The notes beneath the pieces are model-generated. The model was not told the origin of the DNA, did no database searches, and was given only the letters and a program-made list of their open reading frames with translations. A DNA stretch of 63,169 nucleotides, counting the filler, from Circinaria calcarea (lineage: Eukaryota): assembly GCA_051942165.1 (NCBI GenBank). It is 16 parts of 16 records of this genome, joined end to end, with 100 filler letters (N's around TTAATTAATTAA, not from the genome) between each part and the next. Parts side by side here need not be neighbours in the genome. Positions count along the whole stretch, not along the records: positions 59,333 to 63,169 come from JAVECS010002596.1; 15 more parts are not named here. One strand, given 5' to 3'. Below, one piece after another: positions 60,614 through 63,169 of the stretch. The position numbers and the translations under genes are program-made. Each line of letters opens with the position of its first letter. Position 1 is the first letter of the stretch.

Positions 60614-61789
60614 ATGTCCGTAGAACTTGATCCGCCAGAGCTTGGCTTTCGTCGTATGCTCTACAGTTCAGCAATCCGAGTGAGGGCCTCATGCTGACCG
60701 ATCCAAGGTCCTTTCACACACGAGGTCACACAGGTCCTGCGACTCCGCAATCCCAATAGCGATCCTGTCGCTTTCAAGGTGAAATACCTAGTTGTCTACG
60801 GCGGTATATGATGCTAATCGTGTGCGGCATTCCAGGTCAAGACTACAGCGCCAAAGCAGTATGCGTCCAACTTCAAGTTTACCCGTGTCATACTGAGATG
60901 CGTGCAGGTACTGTGTCCGTCCTAACTCTGGGCGCATAGAACCGGGTAGGGATGTCGAAATTCAAGGTCTGTGATCACGCATTCCGGAGGTCTTCCGTTA
61001 GCTGATGATTGGTATAGTTCTGCTGCAGGCAATGAAAGAAGATCCTCCCCTTGATGCAAGATGCCGAGACAAATTTCTCGTTCAATCTGTTGCCATCGCC
61101 CCTGACCAAGAGCTTCCTAACATCACAACCATTGTAAGTAACCCGGTTGCCTGCCTATACTATGAATGCTCACTCATGGCAGTGGCAAAACATCGAGAAA
61201 ATCGCAAAGAGTTCTATTCAGGAGCGAAAGATTCGTGTCACCTTCTTACCTGGGAATGAGTCAACCTCAACTCCACAACGCAACAAAGTGAATGGCATGG
61301 TAAGTTGCCGTAGCTCCTCAAAACATCGGGTTAGAGTGTCTAATGATAGTGCTGTAGCATATGCACGAAGACGCACCACCAGCATATGCCTCGCCGTCTC
61401 CACAGTTTGGATCTCCAGCTCCCGACTCAGCAGCTCTACGCGACCGTTCTATGGAGCCTTCCTACAGTGATAGCAAGTCCCTAGCTTCCCCTCCTACAGC
61501 TCTCGGTACTGCTAGTTCTAGCATCAGCAACGCCGCCACCTCCGTCAATCAAAGCCTCCAGGAGCAGTATGATGCCGCCAAAGAGAAAATCGCCACTTTG
61601 ACCAGACAAGTTGAAGAACAAGGCCTCCGGCAACGGAAGAGTGACGCAGTCAACCAAGATTCCAGAGAAAGGATTACAGCGGGAACAACTGGGATGGGTA
61701 TCCAGCAGCAGCCGGCAGACGGAGTCCCCGTCCAGATTGTGGCTGCACTGTGTCTATTGAGTTTCTTACTGGCTTACTTCTTCTTTTAA
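60614..61789 (+). CDS. SCS2: VAP-family MSP-domain ER membrane protein, multi-exon
   Basis: MSVELDPPELGF, VAFK|VKTTAPK|YCVRPNSG, CRDKFLVQS, and the tail anchor GVPVQIVAALCLLSFLLAYFFF. Confidence 0.95.
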
Positions 61790-62255
61790 CTTGGAAAGGG
61801 GGACGTTGCTATATTCAAACTTTGGCGTGAAACCAATGGGAGATTTCCGGCTACCTCAAGAGCAAGACCCAATGTTCCGAAAATACAAAGTATCGGCGAT
61901 ACCTATCTCGGAACCCTTTTTACTAACTAAAAAAAAGGGTCTTGGGAGTATCGGAGGCGGTGCCCCTCCTGTCACATCGTCCCATGATACACGGTCAAAA
62001 TTCTGTTTGCGCTTTTGGAGCCAGTGTACTGTAGGCATGTGACCGTTTAGATAGGCAAATGACTGGATTAGATTTCACCATCATGTGGAGGCTCTTGGAC
62101 GTGAAAAGTGCTACTGCTCGAAGTGATGCCATTCCATGTCCTGTCGTGGAGTTCTGAGATCTTAATATATACAATGCCGTTTCATCCTAACGAATATCTA
62201 TAACCGCTTTTTTGCTATAAACACCCAAAACTCCATCAAAGTCATCCGATACCTA

Positions 62256-63169
62256 TCACATGACTTTGGCATTTTCCTCTGGGACTCCGCTCCCAACCTT
62301 CCTCCCACCCTCCCTCCTTTTGACCCTACACCAGAGCCCCACTTCCTTGTCCCAGATAAACTGCCAAATCACCCACGTCCAGCTTTCATGCCTCGGCAAG
62401 TCCGCATAAAACTCCTGGGCCATTTCATGCAGCGCCGGTAAGCGCGTCCACGGTACGGCCGGGAAATCATGGTGTTCATTGTGCAAACCCACATTGTAGG
62501 TCAAGAGATTGAGCGGACCATAGTAGGAAAAGGTCTCTGGAAGAGGTACCGCAGCAGAAGTGGGCGGTTTGGCTGGCGAAGGGGCGTTGAAAAGGTAGTG
62601 TTCTGCGATGAAGTGCCCTGCACAGGGGTGTAGAGATCCAGCAAGGAAGGAGCTTGCGATGAGGTATATCAAGGCGTTCATGCCTGCGTGCTTTACGAGG
62701 AGGTAGTCGAAGAGGACTTGGGCGAGGATATTGAAGAGGTGGAGTTGGCTAAAAGGAACTTGGTAGACCATCATGGGACGAAGAGCGTAGAAGAGGATCT
62801 GGAAGGTGCAGAAGAAGGCTTTGCCGAGGATGGAGTCGAGGAAGAAGGCTTCGAGGGCGGTGGGGAGATCTGTGTCGAGGCCATCGACGCCGAGAGATTT
62901 GTGGTGAGTTAGGTGGTAGGGCTTGAGATCTGGTTAGTTGGGTTTCTGGTGAGCGCAGTGAGGGGTGTGAATTAATGCTTACTCGGAATGCAGCGCTGTA
63001 GGGAAGGCCGATTGGGAGGTTGGCGCAAACGGCGAAGAGTCGGTTGGTGGTGGGGGATTTGAAGGCGAGGTTATGGGAGATTTCGTGGATTGCTAGGAAT
63101 AGGTTCTGATTCGCCGTTGCACCAATGATGTAGGCGGTAAGGAGGAACGGTATTGAGAATACAGGCGTA
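62256..63169 (-). CDS. DES1: Sphingolipid delta-4 desaturase, 5'-truncated; intron 62922-62982
   Basis: His boxes HEISH, HLTHH and HNEHHDFP; also LHPCAGHFIAEH and ETFSYYGPLN. Confidence 0.95.

Noticed and set aside
1..63169. Apparent gene cluster (ankyrin, F-box, Mx-like dynamin, G-alpha-like, transporters) as a defence or signalling island
   Set aside because: The genes are on separate length-sorted contigs, so their co-location is artificial.

Overview
This window is not one locus. It is 16 unrelated contigs of about 3.84-3.87 kb, in order of decreasing length, joined by 100-nt artificial spacers (N-run/TTAATTAATTAA/N-run). Adjacency across spacers therefore means nothing. The DNA is from a filamentous ascomycete (Pezizomycotina): it has short GT-AG introns with CTRAY branch points and RIP-like repeat decay. 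Fifteen contigs are nuclear and carry mostly partial housekeeping genes: cactin, eIF4B, ATP20, an inositol transporter, an MFS transporter, a Cu-ATPase, LSM12, SYN8, creB, a dynamin-family GTPase, FOX2, a bZIP factor, BUD6, a UBX-type protein, SCS2 and DES1. They also carry lineage-specific genes, three TA-flanked MITE-like elements and two copies of one LTR. One contig is mitochondrial (nad1-nad4-rnpB-rns, TGA=Trp). Top findings, none named by the ORF track: (1) a densely base-paired ~860-nt non-coding region at 39.6-40.5 kb with the architecture of the 3' half (CR4/5 domain) of a filamentous-fungal telomerase RNA; (2) a mitochondrial RNase P RNA gene; (3) an intronless G-alpha-like ORF that lacks the helical domain and all nucleotide-binding motifs; (4) a solo LTR nested in a Tc1/mariner-type MITE; (5) an mt SSU rRNA 5' end followed by more than 440 nt without the next conserved block. 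All gene assignments come from recalled family motifs; no database searches were run.
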